Assembly (NCBI GenBank): GCA_001642005.1
Contig: LWCA01000065.1
Location: forward strand, 1 to 63,434
Length of the DNA: 63,434 nucleotides
From: Intoshia linei
Lineage: Eukaryota > Animalia > Orthonectida
Direction of reading: 5' to 3'
This document shows positions 1 through 11,684 of this stretch, one piece after another. Made by a program: the position numbers and the translations under genes. The stretch's first letter is position 1, and each line of letters begins with the position of its first letter. The notes below the pieces were generated by a model. The model searched no databases, was not told the origin of the DNA, and saw only the letters and a list, made by a program, of their open reading frames with translations.

Positions 1-705
1 TGATTATCATGTAACACTACCACGAAGGCAGATCAATTATAAAGCAAAATTTTTTGAAATTGTAGACAATGTACTAGTTACTTTAAGAGAATTATTTGCT
101 TTTATGGAAGAATACAATTTTTTCGAATTAATTGATATCACCAAATTCAATGAATTTTCTATTTTATTTCCGGCTCATCATATATCGGCGTTGAACTCAA
201 TATATTCTGATATTTTTGATATATCATCTTTAACTAGCGAATTATAATATATATACGCGATGAAGATTTTAAGAAATGTACCTCAATTCAGAAATTATTG
301 GAATATATATATAGAACTAATCTATTAAATGTCTTACCAGAGAGTGTAAAATGTATGGAATTATTACTCACTATCCCTATAACTTCGGTTTCTAATGAAA
401 AAAGTTTTTTGACGCTCAATAGAATTAGATCATATCTGAGGTGTATAATGGTGCAAGATAGACTCTCCAGTATGACCAGAATATCTATTGAAAAGAAATG
501 GAGATTAATGGAGAACTACATTCTTGGATTCTTGATGAGTTTGCCACTAAACCACGTTTATTAGAATATGTGTATAAATAATAGTTATAGATAATACAAT
601 TTAATTTAAAGTTAATTAATTGTAGTGATATTAAGTTTATATATGTTTCGTTTCTATGGTACTGTGTTGAGCACGAGTAACGTTTTGACCAAAGAGTCGC
701 CACTG
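1..705 (+). mobile_element. hAT transposon 3' relic (ZMYM1/Tip100-like dimerisation domain plus right terminus)
   Basis: ORF 298-564 has LLLTIPITSVSNEKSFLTLNRIRSYLRCIMVQDRLSSMTRISIE, a hAT C-terminal dimerisation motif; frameshifted. Terminus GAGTCGCCACTG at 694-705 is the reverse complement of a CAGTGGCG-type TIR. Confidence 0.85.
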
Positions 706-1066
706 ATTACAATCCTTTGCAATATTGGTAAAATTAACCTGAAATATGTTTATAAAGTGCTGATTCCGTTAACCCTTAGACACCAGAGTACTTAGATCTG
801 AGTAATGGGCGTGTCGATTAGCTATTTTATTACTTAGTCTTAGAATATTAGTTATTGATACATAATTAGTATTTTTAAGTATTTATTGAATTGGAACTGA
901 ATATATATTATCACATTGAAAATAACAAAATAGGTTTTTATAATTTTATTTTTTGTGGAATTTATGATAAATGTTTCTAAAATGAAATAATATTCTTTAG
1001 AAGAGAAAAATATTTATTATATAATTATAATTTATATTAACATTTTTACATTGAATGCATTGGACA

Positions 1067-4000
1067 CTACCATGTACTACCAAATTTATCTACACTGTTG
1101 TGTTTAGTATCAGAAAACCAAGGTTGATCTAAAATAAACGTAACTATAATATTCGTCAATAATGAACCCTAAACATCAGATTTTGTGATATTTACTGTTT
1201 AATAATAGATCTTGAGGAGCGAACCAATTTTATTAGATGCGGAGAATTATAATTATTCATTATTAATGCCTCTTAAATCTAGTATAATACACTATAATAT
1301 AGTGATTATATGTATTATTTACGATACTGTTAGTGATTTTAAAAACTACCAAACATTTATTTATTTAAACTTCTATCACTCATTTTATTTTTAATAAAAT
1401 TGTAATTTGGATGTTTGACCCTGAAGAATTCAATTTCTGTAAATGAAATTTGAGGTAAATATTACTCTAGAAAAACTATTAAAAAATGTGGTTTTTAATT
1501 ATAGGACTCTAAATTATTTACAATATTTATTTAGGTTAATTAAACGGTAACACACACATTCATTTAAATATATAACTTTAAATTTACATAATTTGCTGAC
1601 ATGATTAGTTTATAAAAATAATTCTTAAATTAAACTCTAATTTGAATCTAAAAAATATAGCTTCTTTCTTATTGACTAAAAATTGTTAAAGAATCACACA
1701 ATAACAACGATAGTTATTTTTCATTACTGACTTAATTACTCAACCGTAGAGTTACTATATTTTAATATTCATTGGTCTAAGTGTAAATAATATTAATTAA
1801 ATCCGCAATTGGAAACCGTTATATAATGAGTGCCAATATACCAAAAATATAAAATAAATTACCATCTTGTGAATATTTTTTAAGAGGGATGTCGTACAAT
1901 AATGTATCAAAAGGTTCCTAGATTATAAATATTAACGAAAAAAAAACAAAAATGACACATTAATGAATGGGATTCAATTAATACGTATATTTGATACATA
2001 AATATATTGACCTTGTTCAGATCCGGATAAATTAAAACCCCAATTTCATAGGACCGAATTTGATATTTAAATGAATTTGTACGAATGTTTCCCCAAGCAG
2101 CTTTAGATAAATTTGCACTAAATGTACAATGTGCATTATATTATAAAACAAAAAATAAAATCAAAAATATTATGATTACCTGGTCAATATAAACCAATTA
2201 ATACTAGCCGGATCATTGCCATCGCTAAAAGAGACATACGTCTTAGCATGAGGAGAAAACATTGTTCGATTCAATCTATCGCTTTTCCAATCACTAAATA
2301 TTAAATTTACAAATCACAATCTGCCAATAAATCATACTATAACAAGTTTTGGACATATTGTTGAAATTGGTGAACTCGATGTCTATAAGGAAACATTATT
2401 CCAGACTGATAACCACATATACTAAACCTTATATTAGTCTCTGATGGATATATCTGAATTATACAGGATACAAAAGAAACAATTAAACAAAATAATGTAC
2501 CAATCGAAAATTATCCCAGCAATCTGTATTAAAACACTTTAAAAAATAAGACTGAATCCAATTGCCACCGGCCACATTTAAAGAACCAATGGAAGAGACT
2601 TGAGCAACTAAAAGTTTTTGGTCAAACTTCTTTTCTTTTAGCAATGATTTAACCAATTCTAATCCCCATTTTTCATGGTGAAATATACCTGGAACAGAAG
2701 AAATTAGCTTAACTCTAAAATTAAACAGATTATAATAATGCAACAAATAAAATGAACTTTTCGTCTGATAGAAAACAATGAGATATTTTGTCAATTATTG
2801 TATCCAATGGGTTAGGGTTAAATGTATATGTTTTCAAATATTTAGCTAATTCCCAAGCTAAATTTCCGCTTTCGACCGTATTTTTATTTATTTTCAATAG
2901 CGGAGATTTCCAAATACTAAAAATATTAAATTAGCGATAAAGTTAATCATAGCAGGGATAGTAGATCTGGTGACATGGGTATCATAAGAGTTGATACCCA
3001 TATTTTACATAAAAAGTTTACATTTATAAAAACGCCACTTACCCTTGAGTTGCATAGTTCCAATCTAATGGTACCATATTGGCAGTATAAATATACACAA
3101 TTATTCCTTCTTCGTACGACATTATGGACATTTTACTAAAAGAATAATAAAAAAAGCAAGAATATTTTCCTAAATTTCCAATTGATAAGGTCAATTTTCG
3201 AACAGCATCGTTATTTTTGTCAAGAATATATTAATTTCATAGCGGTTAATATTAATAGGATATTATGGAGTTATGGAATTTTTTTTAAGATATGGCTTTT
3301 ATTAAAAAAAATAAAATAACCATAACATAGTCAATAAAACGTAATAAAATTTGGCATTTTTTTAAACACTACTAAAGTTTATATTTGAAACGCCACTGCC
3401 TATAGTCCACCAAATCTCTAATAGTACATTACTATTAAAGTGGATCTGTGCGACTTGTAAGTCACTGATCTGTGTAAAACTAAATACCCCTTAAAGAAAT
3501 TTAATGATGACAGTTTTTCAGAAAACAAAACAAATTATAAACCTGTGATGAACTCCATAACTGTACGGCATATTGGGCTAAATTTAATATTAAATTAAAC
3601 TGTAGATATTTATATATGATGTATCCAGATCGAACTGCTCTATGATTCAAAAAATATTATAACCCACTCCAGTGTTCGACAAAAACAGTGGCCCAAATGC
3701 TTTGAATTTTTTTACATTTCATTTTTACTGAATATCACGTTATTTACTTATTCGCATGAATAATAAACATTTAACATCGTAAAAATCGTATTTTAATTTT
3801 ATTTTAAGTGAAAATACATGTTTACATCCCTTTTTGTGATTTTCAGTAATGTACTGAAAGATTTCATGTAGTATTCTTAAAAATAAAACAATCACAAGAA
3901 AATTTTCCAAGAATATTTTTGTATTCATAAGGGTCGTACTTCAAAATTTTAGCTACCCCTGGCCAACTTATTGGTGCAAATCAATCAGCATTAATCCAAT

Positions 4001-7000
4001 ATATCAATGAAAAGTTCATCTTATAGTATAACACTTATATTATCTGAGATGTACATAAATAAAATTATTTCTTCATGTGCAACTTTTTAAATACTTGCCG
4101 ATATGATGGAAACTACAGAAAATACTCAAATAAGGTCATAAAAAGGTAAATAACGAGTAATGTAACCATAGTGACGGTAAAAATTACATAAAAAACGGAT
4201 ACGTTTGGATATTTTTTCAAGGTAGAATCGATAATTTTGTAATTTTTATCAACAACCAGTATAGTATCAACAGTTCTAAAAATTAAATAAAAATTTTATT
4301 TTATTATCTAATAAATTAAAAACTCGGCCTCGGGAGAATTAGCTGTTTGTATAAAACATAACATTTAATCTAGTGTATAATAAAAAAAATTTCAAATTTG
4401 TACACTTTATACACATGTATAACCCTTTGACATAATGCGATGTTTTTTTATTATAGAACAAATGTAAAAATGATAAAAGCGAAATGTCACTTTTTTATAT
4501 GAACAATTACAATTATATAAACACGCCCATTAAATTGTGTTACGCATGGCGCACTATCAAAAGATCGTAAAAAAATAAACTTTATAACTAAACTAAATAT
4601 AGTAAATTGAATTGGATAAAAAATATTCTGGTGTTAACACCATAGAATATTTTTATTTTTTTTTGTAATATGATTTGTAAGTATAATATGGTATCTTAAT
4701 ATTTCAGTTTTAACTTCGGTCTGTAGTCTAAATTAAATGAACACAAAATAAACTAATGTAGTTAATGAATTATTTAATTTAAACTTAAACAAAATAAATA
4801 CGATCTTTTGATTTACGATCATGTGATTTACGATCATATGATTTACGATATTGTGAACGGACACGGTTACGCATAGGGCCACCGTTTTTAACTATTTTTT
4901 GGCACATTCTTGGGCAGATTTTGCAGATTGATAATACATTTTGCTGTAACAACAAAATTTAAAAATTATTGTTTTTCTGTTAAATTTTCTTTAATTTAAT
5001 TTAATTTTTGTTAGTTAAAAGTACAATTTGAATAAATTAAAAAATAAATTTCAACTCCACGCATATGTGGAGTTTTTAATATTTTAGATTTTAAAATTAC
5101 ACACATAGGCGAAGTTTTTTGTCAAAGGTATAAGGATTATATTACCAACTTAATAAAAATGTAATACATATACACAGCATGTGTGCCTATTTATCGATGC
5201 AGGAGTTCAAGAATCAATAATTTTACAAAATTTGCTATAAATAAATAATTATTAAATGTTAAATCTTGCAGATGTAAAAATCTGCAGTGATGATGAGTGA
5301 TGATTTCCAATCTAGAATCTAGATTTAACCTCATACTCATAATTCACAAAATTAGTTAATGCAAGTAAAGCTTAAACAAAGTAAAGAGAAATATAGTCCT
5401 ATGGACATTTATAATTGCGATGAGACAAACCTGTTTTTCAAAAATTCTAATTCTAGAACATACGTTTTATCAAATAGTGATAAATCTTGTGGAAAATAAT
5501 GGAAAAGTCACAGATGAATTCCCTGCGTATGATGAAAACGACTATAGTGACGATGAATTCATCGATTCTTTCATACCGCCCATAAAAGAAGACACCAATC
5601 ATAAAGACAGTATTGATTATTCTACCTGTAGTTAAATCGACATAGAAGATGACATTATATCTAGAATGGAGGCTTTAGTATGTATCGATAAACTAGAAAA
5701 ATTCTTTATTTCTGATAACTTAAATGGCTTAATCGCATTACAAGCGATGAAAGAAACTATATTAATAAAAGACTCAAAACATGTAATTTATGTAAAATAT
5801 GTAATTTTCATGTAAGTTGCTGTTCGTTAAATTGAGGTTTGACTATATATTATAATTTATAATAGTCATTTTTTGGTAATTCATTAATTGTTTTGTTAAA
5901 TTGTAAGGATGAATTAATGTTATGTCGAATAGACCAAAAGAATTTAAATCTAAATTTTAGACAGAACATTGTTAATAATTTCTTCAGCCCAATTCGGTAT
6001 TAACACAGCACTGAGGCACACATCATTAATCAGCACACTGATAAAAACAAATCTTTTTAATTTGTAAAATATACCGTGATGTTTTGTTAGCATTAGACAT
6101 TAACCAGTCCAATTCGATAATAAAATTGAACTAAAATAAGTAAAGTAATTTTTATAGCAATAATTTAAACTTTAAGAAGTATAGAGTAGTACTTTGTAAT
6201 TGATAAATTAATTTAATGAATCAAAAAATACACATAAAAAAAAATTAAACATTTACATGTATAGCTTGAACCAATTTGTATTCGTTATTGTTGAGTATAT
6301 CTATGAATAAATATATCAATATATTATACAATCAAATTGGCAAAAATTTAGTAAAAACTTGCGAAAAATTATCATTTTGAGCCACTAAAAGTGTCTGAAA
6401 ATTTGACTTTTTAGACGGTATTTTTTAAAAAAAGAGCTTATCGGCTACATCATTGTACAAACAGTAGATAGCTCTTCCGAGGGAGCACATTCTACGTATA
6501 TAACGTTCTACGTATGATTTGTATGCATTATTTTAAAGAAATAATTTACCTTAAAAAATAATTAACAGTGCTTTTTTGTATAAGTTCTGGAAATATCTAT
6601 TAGGTATGATTTTTATTATTAATTATAATTTATAAGACTTGTGTTTTTTCCATTTAAAAAAAGGATACTTTGATTTTTTGACTGAAGATGCAAATTTAGG
6701 GGAGAAGAATTTATTTTATTTGCTGCACCGAAAAAAACGTATTATTTGTTTTCTAAATTTCTGGAATTGTTAGTTTTCTTAACCCTTAGACACCAAAATA
6801 CATATGTGACATTTTAAATATGACAAAATAAAAATGAAGTATCATATATGAGATTTCAATTTATTTATTTATTTCTAATAAATTAATTGTTAATTTATTA
6901 CTATTTTTTGTTATGATTCATATTTTATGATGTACACATTTTGTTAGATTTGCTAGAGACGTGCTTATTTGTAAAATTTCATTTTTTTTGTTTATTTTTA

Positions 7001-7562
7001 TTTCAACTATTTCAATTATTAGTTTTTGTAAAATTTCATGTTAAAAAATAACCAAAGTGTCTAAGGCAGGTTTCTTAATCTTTTCTAAATTTATGACCCC
7101 GTTAGCCAGATCAATTTTTCCAGCGCCCTGTAAAAATAAAAAATTATACAGTAAAACCTCCTTTATTCGCTAATTGTTGCATTATTTCGATTTTATTATT
7201 TAACTTAGCTCTCTGTAGAGTTAGGCACTGTTTTTATGATGTACATATCATTAATATTTTTATAATTAATATTTGTCAATTACCATTAAAATATTTATAT
7301 TATAAAATACTATATTATATATTTCCCCTGCTCGGGTGCCAAAGGAATATTAATCGAATCGAATTAATTTTGTTGCCAATCATTATTATTTACCACCCTT
7401 ATCAAAATATCAAAAGTACTTTCTCAATTTCAAAAATTTTCTTGTTTTTGAACCGCCTAATGTATACCAATCCAAAAAAATACCTTTTACTGACAAAGTA
7501 TCAGATAGATTTTCATAACCTTTCATATCAATATTATTCAAGTAAATCCGATCATAGCTCAT
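1067..7562 (-). CDS. TDP1: Tyrosyl-DNA phosphodiesterase 1, multi-exon (approx. exons 7484-7562, 6257-6300, 6075-6130, 4188-4275, 3543-3577, 3043-3135, 2760-2915, 2501-2715, 2338-2453, 2180-2294, 2012-2117, 1863-1917, 1067-1128)
   Basis: Spliced translation gives FNFIIELDWL, YGVHHSKMSIMSYEEGIIVYIYTANMVPLDWNYATQGIWKSPLL (HKN motif 1), LISSVPG, AQVSSIGSL, IYPSETNIR, SPHAKTY..WFILTSANLSKAAWG..IRSYEIGVL (HKN motif 2) and YDIPLKKY..DQPW..DKFGSTW*. All are collinear with TDP1 and joined by GT-AG introns. Confidence 0.93.
4548..4880. mobile_element. MITE-like element with inverted ends and a 15-bp subterminal tandem repeat
   Basis: TCAAAAGATCGTA (4557) is inverted to TACGATCTTTTGA (4799). GATTTACGAT occurs 3 times at 15-nt period (4810-4850). 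Internal 4600-4730 is a reverse-complement copy of 19600-19730. Confidence 0.5.
5270..5847 (+). mobile_element. pogo/Tigger transposon relic in a TDP1 intron
   Basis: KYSPMDIYNCDETNLFFK (5389-5442) matches the Tigger DDE 'NxDETGLF' motif. An acidic tail follows, then the right TIR GTTCGTTAAATTGAGGTTTGACTATA (5822-5847). Confidence 0.75.
6783..7066. mobile_element. piggyBac-like MITE (TTAA-CCCTTAGACAC ... GTGTCTAAGG)
   Basis: Inverted termini preceded by TTAA. The same left end occurs at 769-785. The right end abuts another MITE end (CAGGTTTCTTAATC). Confidence 0.55.
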
Positions 7563-7799
7563 ATTAAAATGATTAATATGACTTATTTAAGCAGAAAATT
7601 TTAACAATAAAAATATTTAAATAAGCATAACTTCATTAAATATGAAGTTAACCTTAAATTAATAATATTTTCAATATGGTTTGAATCAACCGCTTGATTT
7701 AACGTCAATCATTCAAGTCGATTGAATAATAATGACATATCGTGTACTGATTTAAACTTTAAATTTTAAAGTAATTTAGCTAAAAATATTTGTCTCTCG

Positions 7800-8578
7800 G
7801 TATTATTCCGTTTATGTATTTGAAAGTAAATGGAGTCGAGTTTTAAAAATTCCATATTTTTACTATAGTTTATCGAGGGTGTTGTTTCAACTGAAATTTT
7901 ATTTTCAGAAATTCAGTACTTCAAAGTCAAAAATACATTCTATTATCCTTATTTAAATTAAAATTCAAAGCAGTCCTAGAATTATAAAAAATACACAATC
8001 TGATAATGATTTTAAAATCGTCAACAATATAATTAATTTCAATATGTTATACTCTTACGATTAATACCCAAATTACCACTTTTTTAAGAAATGAAAATAG
8101 ACTTAGAATTTAAAAAAAATAATAGAGTTAATACAGTTTTACTTAGTTAACATACTCATAAAATTTAAAAGTGACGCCTTCATATTCAAAAAAGCTTTTT
8201 AGCAAAAAAGAATTAATTTTTTTTTATTTCTAAACCATTTTCAACTTGTAAAATTTAAAATAATTAACGGTTCTACAATTAAAAATTTTTTTTATTCTGA
8301 TACAGCTTCTTCCAGTTGATAAAGATACAAAATTTCAACCCCATAAATCTACGCATTTCCGGTGAAAAATCATTTTTAATATATTATCAACTAATATTTT
8401 TCAAATGTGCATTGAATGTCTACATATTTCAATAATGAGATATGGATGGAAATCTCATAAATTGTTTCCTTCGGTTTTTTCATTGTTACGCAATTTTTCA
8501 TTTTAAAAAAATTTTGTTGCAGTTTCAAAAATTTCAACTAGGTGTTTATTTCTACAAAGTACATACTAGTCAACCTAG
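7800..8578 (+). mobile_element. Non-autonomous Helitron-like family copy (5' eroded)
   Basis: Shares blocks with 60687-61402 (CTGATACAGCTT.TTCCAGTTGATA, AAATTTCAACCCC..AAATCTACGCAT). Ends AGTCAACCTAG-T. Confidence 0.7.
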
Positions 8579-8732
8579 TTGACTACAAAGTAGTAAGGGT
8601 GCGAGTACCATTATGTACGAATTTATGAAAAAAAGTTTAAAAATAAAATGAATAAATTAACGTGTATTATACATTTACATACATAACAAAATTTAATTTA
8701 ATTACAATGGCAAACTACAAATTTAGACAATT

Positions 8733-9665
8733 TTACAGAGACATGAATTTAAAAACACAATATTTAAATTCGTTGGAAGAAAAAACATAGGTGAGGGTGT
8801 TGAGAAGTGTATTAAAATATACACAAAAAAGGCAAATTTGATAATATGTCGGATCAATATAAACGACCACTTTAAAATATGAAAACAAAAGCACTATATT
8901 GATGGGTAGCCAAAGGATAAAATAGACACTGCACATGAGCATGACAAATTTTGATATATTTTTGCGTATATGTTCCGATTGTTTAGTCATGCTATGATCA
9001 ACAAAACGCCAATTTGCATTTCCAGCAATTATTTGTTTTTCGGTTTTGTGAATATTGGATAAAATTTTGAATTTACTCAGAATACTGTGATAGCAAAACA
9101 TATGAATAATCATTGGTAAAATAAAAACTATGATAAATATAAGCAATCCATACATTACACCTATAGTAAAGTTGTCATTACTGAAATTTGGACCAATTAA
9201 TAAATTACCATGATTTGTTAAAGTAATAATAGTGTTTTGTAAAGATAAAAACCCACTAATTAAGGCACAATTTATCAGTACTACCACGTAATGTTTCAAA
9301 CTAATATATTTATGATAAAATATTGTATGGCATACAATCATGTATCTTTCAATACTTATTATCATTACAATATGATTTGAAAAGTATAAAAGAAACCACA
9401 AGATTACTCTAGATTCAATAAATATTGCCAATAATATATCATAAATGCCACAAATGTGAATAGATTCACTAGTTTTCGAATTTCTCCAATAATTTTCGAT
9501 TCCGTATATCATCGATGATAATGTGTTTACTATTGCTAGACACAATATTAATTTTTGAGATTTTGAGTTTGAAAAATTTTTTCGGTATTTTATAAAAATG
9601 AATAGTACAAATGATCCAATTAATATTCCACTAAATCCAAATGGTATGTATAATACTTTCACAAT
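8733..9665 (-). CDS. Rhodopsin-class (family A) GPCR, peptide-receptor-like; main exon, 5' exon not located
   Basis: Seven hydrophobic segments. TM2 LAIVN, TM3 ISIERYMIVCH (DRY-like), TM5 FILPMII..CY, TM6 YFILWLP, TM7 NTLLNTLTY plus helix 8 SNEFK. Acceptor TTTAG immediately upstream of 9665. Confidence 0.88.
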   Translation of the reverse strand: MVKVLYIPFGFSGILIGSFVLFIFIKYRKNFSNSKSQKLILCLAIVNTLSSMIYGIENYWRNSKTSESIHICGIYDILLAIFIESRVILWFLLYFSNHIVMIISIERYMIVCHTIFYHKYISLKHYVVVLINCALISGFLSLQNTIITLTNHGNLLIGPNFSNDNFTIGVMYGLLIFIIVFILPMIIHMFCYHSILSKFKILSNIHKTEKQIIAGNANWRFVDHSMTKQSEHIRKNISKFVMLMCSVYFILWLPINIVLLFSYFKVVVYIDPTYYQICLFCVYFNTLLNTLTYVFSSNEFKYCVFKFMSL

Positions 9666-10444
9666 CTAAATAAATATTATAGTAAATTAAAACCATTGAA
9701 TTTCAGACTTAATGTTAATAATAGGCCCCATTAATCTTATAAACGAGATTCTCGTTACGAGTGTACTTATAACTTGGGTTTTATGAGTTACGTCAAACGA
9801 TTACGTTATTTTGTTAAATTTAAATGTATACAAAAAATTTAACAATCCATTTATTTACATGTCAATTTAGATTATCTCATTTAGTGGTTTCGAGACTTTT
9901 TACTGTTGCTGAAAACTCAAAATTAGTTAAACATTTGGCGGCATACTTAATATGTAAAAAAATTTCTTAACACTTCAAATCGATTTTCCTGAAAAAATTG
10001 AAAAATAAAAACGAATATAGCATACAACACAAACATACATTCAGGCATAAATATATATCGTAAAATGTAAAATTTAAAGTGAAATGTGTACTTGATACAT
10101 TTGATAAGTATGATATATGAAGTATAGACATTGAAATTAATCAGCCTGTATTTTTTATTAATTTACAAACATTTATGTTATGTATGTATTTATAAAATTC
10201 TAAGACTAGTAGTTATTGAAATAAACGTAACACACACACAAACAATTATTGCATATCATATTATACAAGTAAGGATTATAAATTTAATTTTTATGAAGCC
10301 ACAATTTCCAGTGACCTAAAAAAATGTATAAGAAAATTCATTTTTGTAAAAAGTTTGTTTAACATAAATAAATAAGGGTGTTTACTTAAATCCAACCATT
10401 TTTACTAAAAATCAAAATTTACAAACACTAACAGGAAAAATTCA

Positions 10445-11030
10445 GTTTTGAAAAAGTCCACATTTCAATTACAGTTTTTTCCGGGATATAATAAGATAAC
10501 TTTCAAAACTAACATTTTACGGGTCAAAAACTGCAATTGTCCTTTTTTGAAAATCAAACGAGTTGGAGAATTTAAAAAAATATATACGCTGATACGGATT
10601 TTAAATCATAAACATTATCATAAATTTAAATTTAAAAAAAATATATCTTCAGGGCCAATAACCCCAAACAACCCTTTTTTTTTAATGAAATCTGCCCTAG
10701 AATTTAAACAAATTTACAGGTGGTACAGTTGTATCCTGTTAACACACACAAAAAATTTCAATCAGTACAGTTGTATCCTGTTAACACACATAAAAAATTT
10801 CAATCCGAATAAGTGACGACCTTCACGGTAAAAAAAGCATTTAATTTCATATATTTTTTTTCCGAAATATTTTATTAAAACAAAAAGTGTGAAATAATTA
10901 ACGGCTCTAAAATTAATAAATAAGATTATTTTGATACAGCTTATTCCAGTTGATATAAATACAAAATTTCAACCCCAGAAATCTACCATTCATCGGTAAA
11001 AAATAATTTTTCAAATTATTATCAAATGAA
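10445..11030 (+). mobile_element. Helitron-like family internal copy with a 42-bp tandem duplication (about 10723-10805)
   Basis: Highly similar to 60755-61280. GTACAGTTGTATCCTGTTAACACAC..AAAAAATTTCAATC occurs twice in tandem. Confidence 0.75.
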
Positions 11031-11684
11031 ATATTAAAATTGGATGAAAAAATTTTTCCGTAAAGAAACCCAAAAAATGGTATTATGGTACGCAGTACGT
11101 ACCAGAAAAATTACAGTTTAATCATACAAAAACGTAATAATGTAAACAAAAATTGCACTACCTGGTGTACTACCATTTAGCTGGTTATTTAATATATATT
11201 CGCATATGGTGTATAGATTATCGGCTTATATCTATGCTAGAATTTTATTTAACAATTTATGACCGAATTTTAATTGTTCAAATTTCGTAAAAATTCATGA
11301 GTTAAGAATCTATACTTTACATTGTCTATATACAGATTTTTTACCTAAAGTAACAGTTAAAGAGAAATGATTAATGTTAACCCTTTAAAAATGAAATAAA
11401 GTGTTGATTTCCTAGTAGGCTTATCTTTTGTCACGCGTGTTTTAGAAGCGTCGATTTTCAAATTTTGCAATACAAAAAATAACGTAAAAGAATTTGGTTA
11501 AAATAAGGTAACCAAATTATAAAACAAATCAATGACAAACTAAAATGCGTAAAAATTACCGATCGTACTACTTCGTATTTTGACAAGTGCTTCATTGTAA
11601 AAGATTTTTAAATTGTTTATTTTTGAAAAATAAAATATAATACTAGCACATATATTTATTTTAACAGAATAGTAAACAAAATTG

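Noticed and set aside
3136-3230. Apparent loss of the TDP1 catalytic His (read-through FYYSFSKM)
   Set aside because: This is intron; the 35-nt exon at 3543-3577 supplies YGVHHS.
10448-10816. 122-aa ORF as a gene
   Set aside because: It lies wholly within the non-coding Helitron-like repeat, and the frame is not preserved in other copies.
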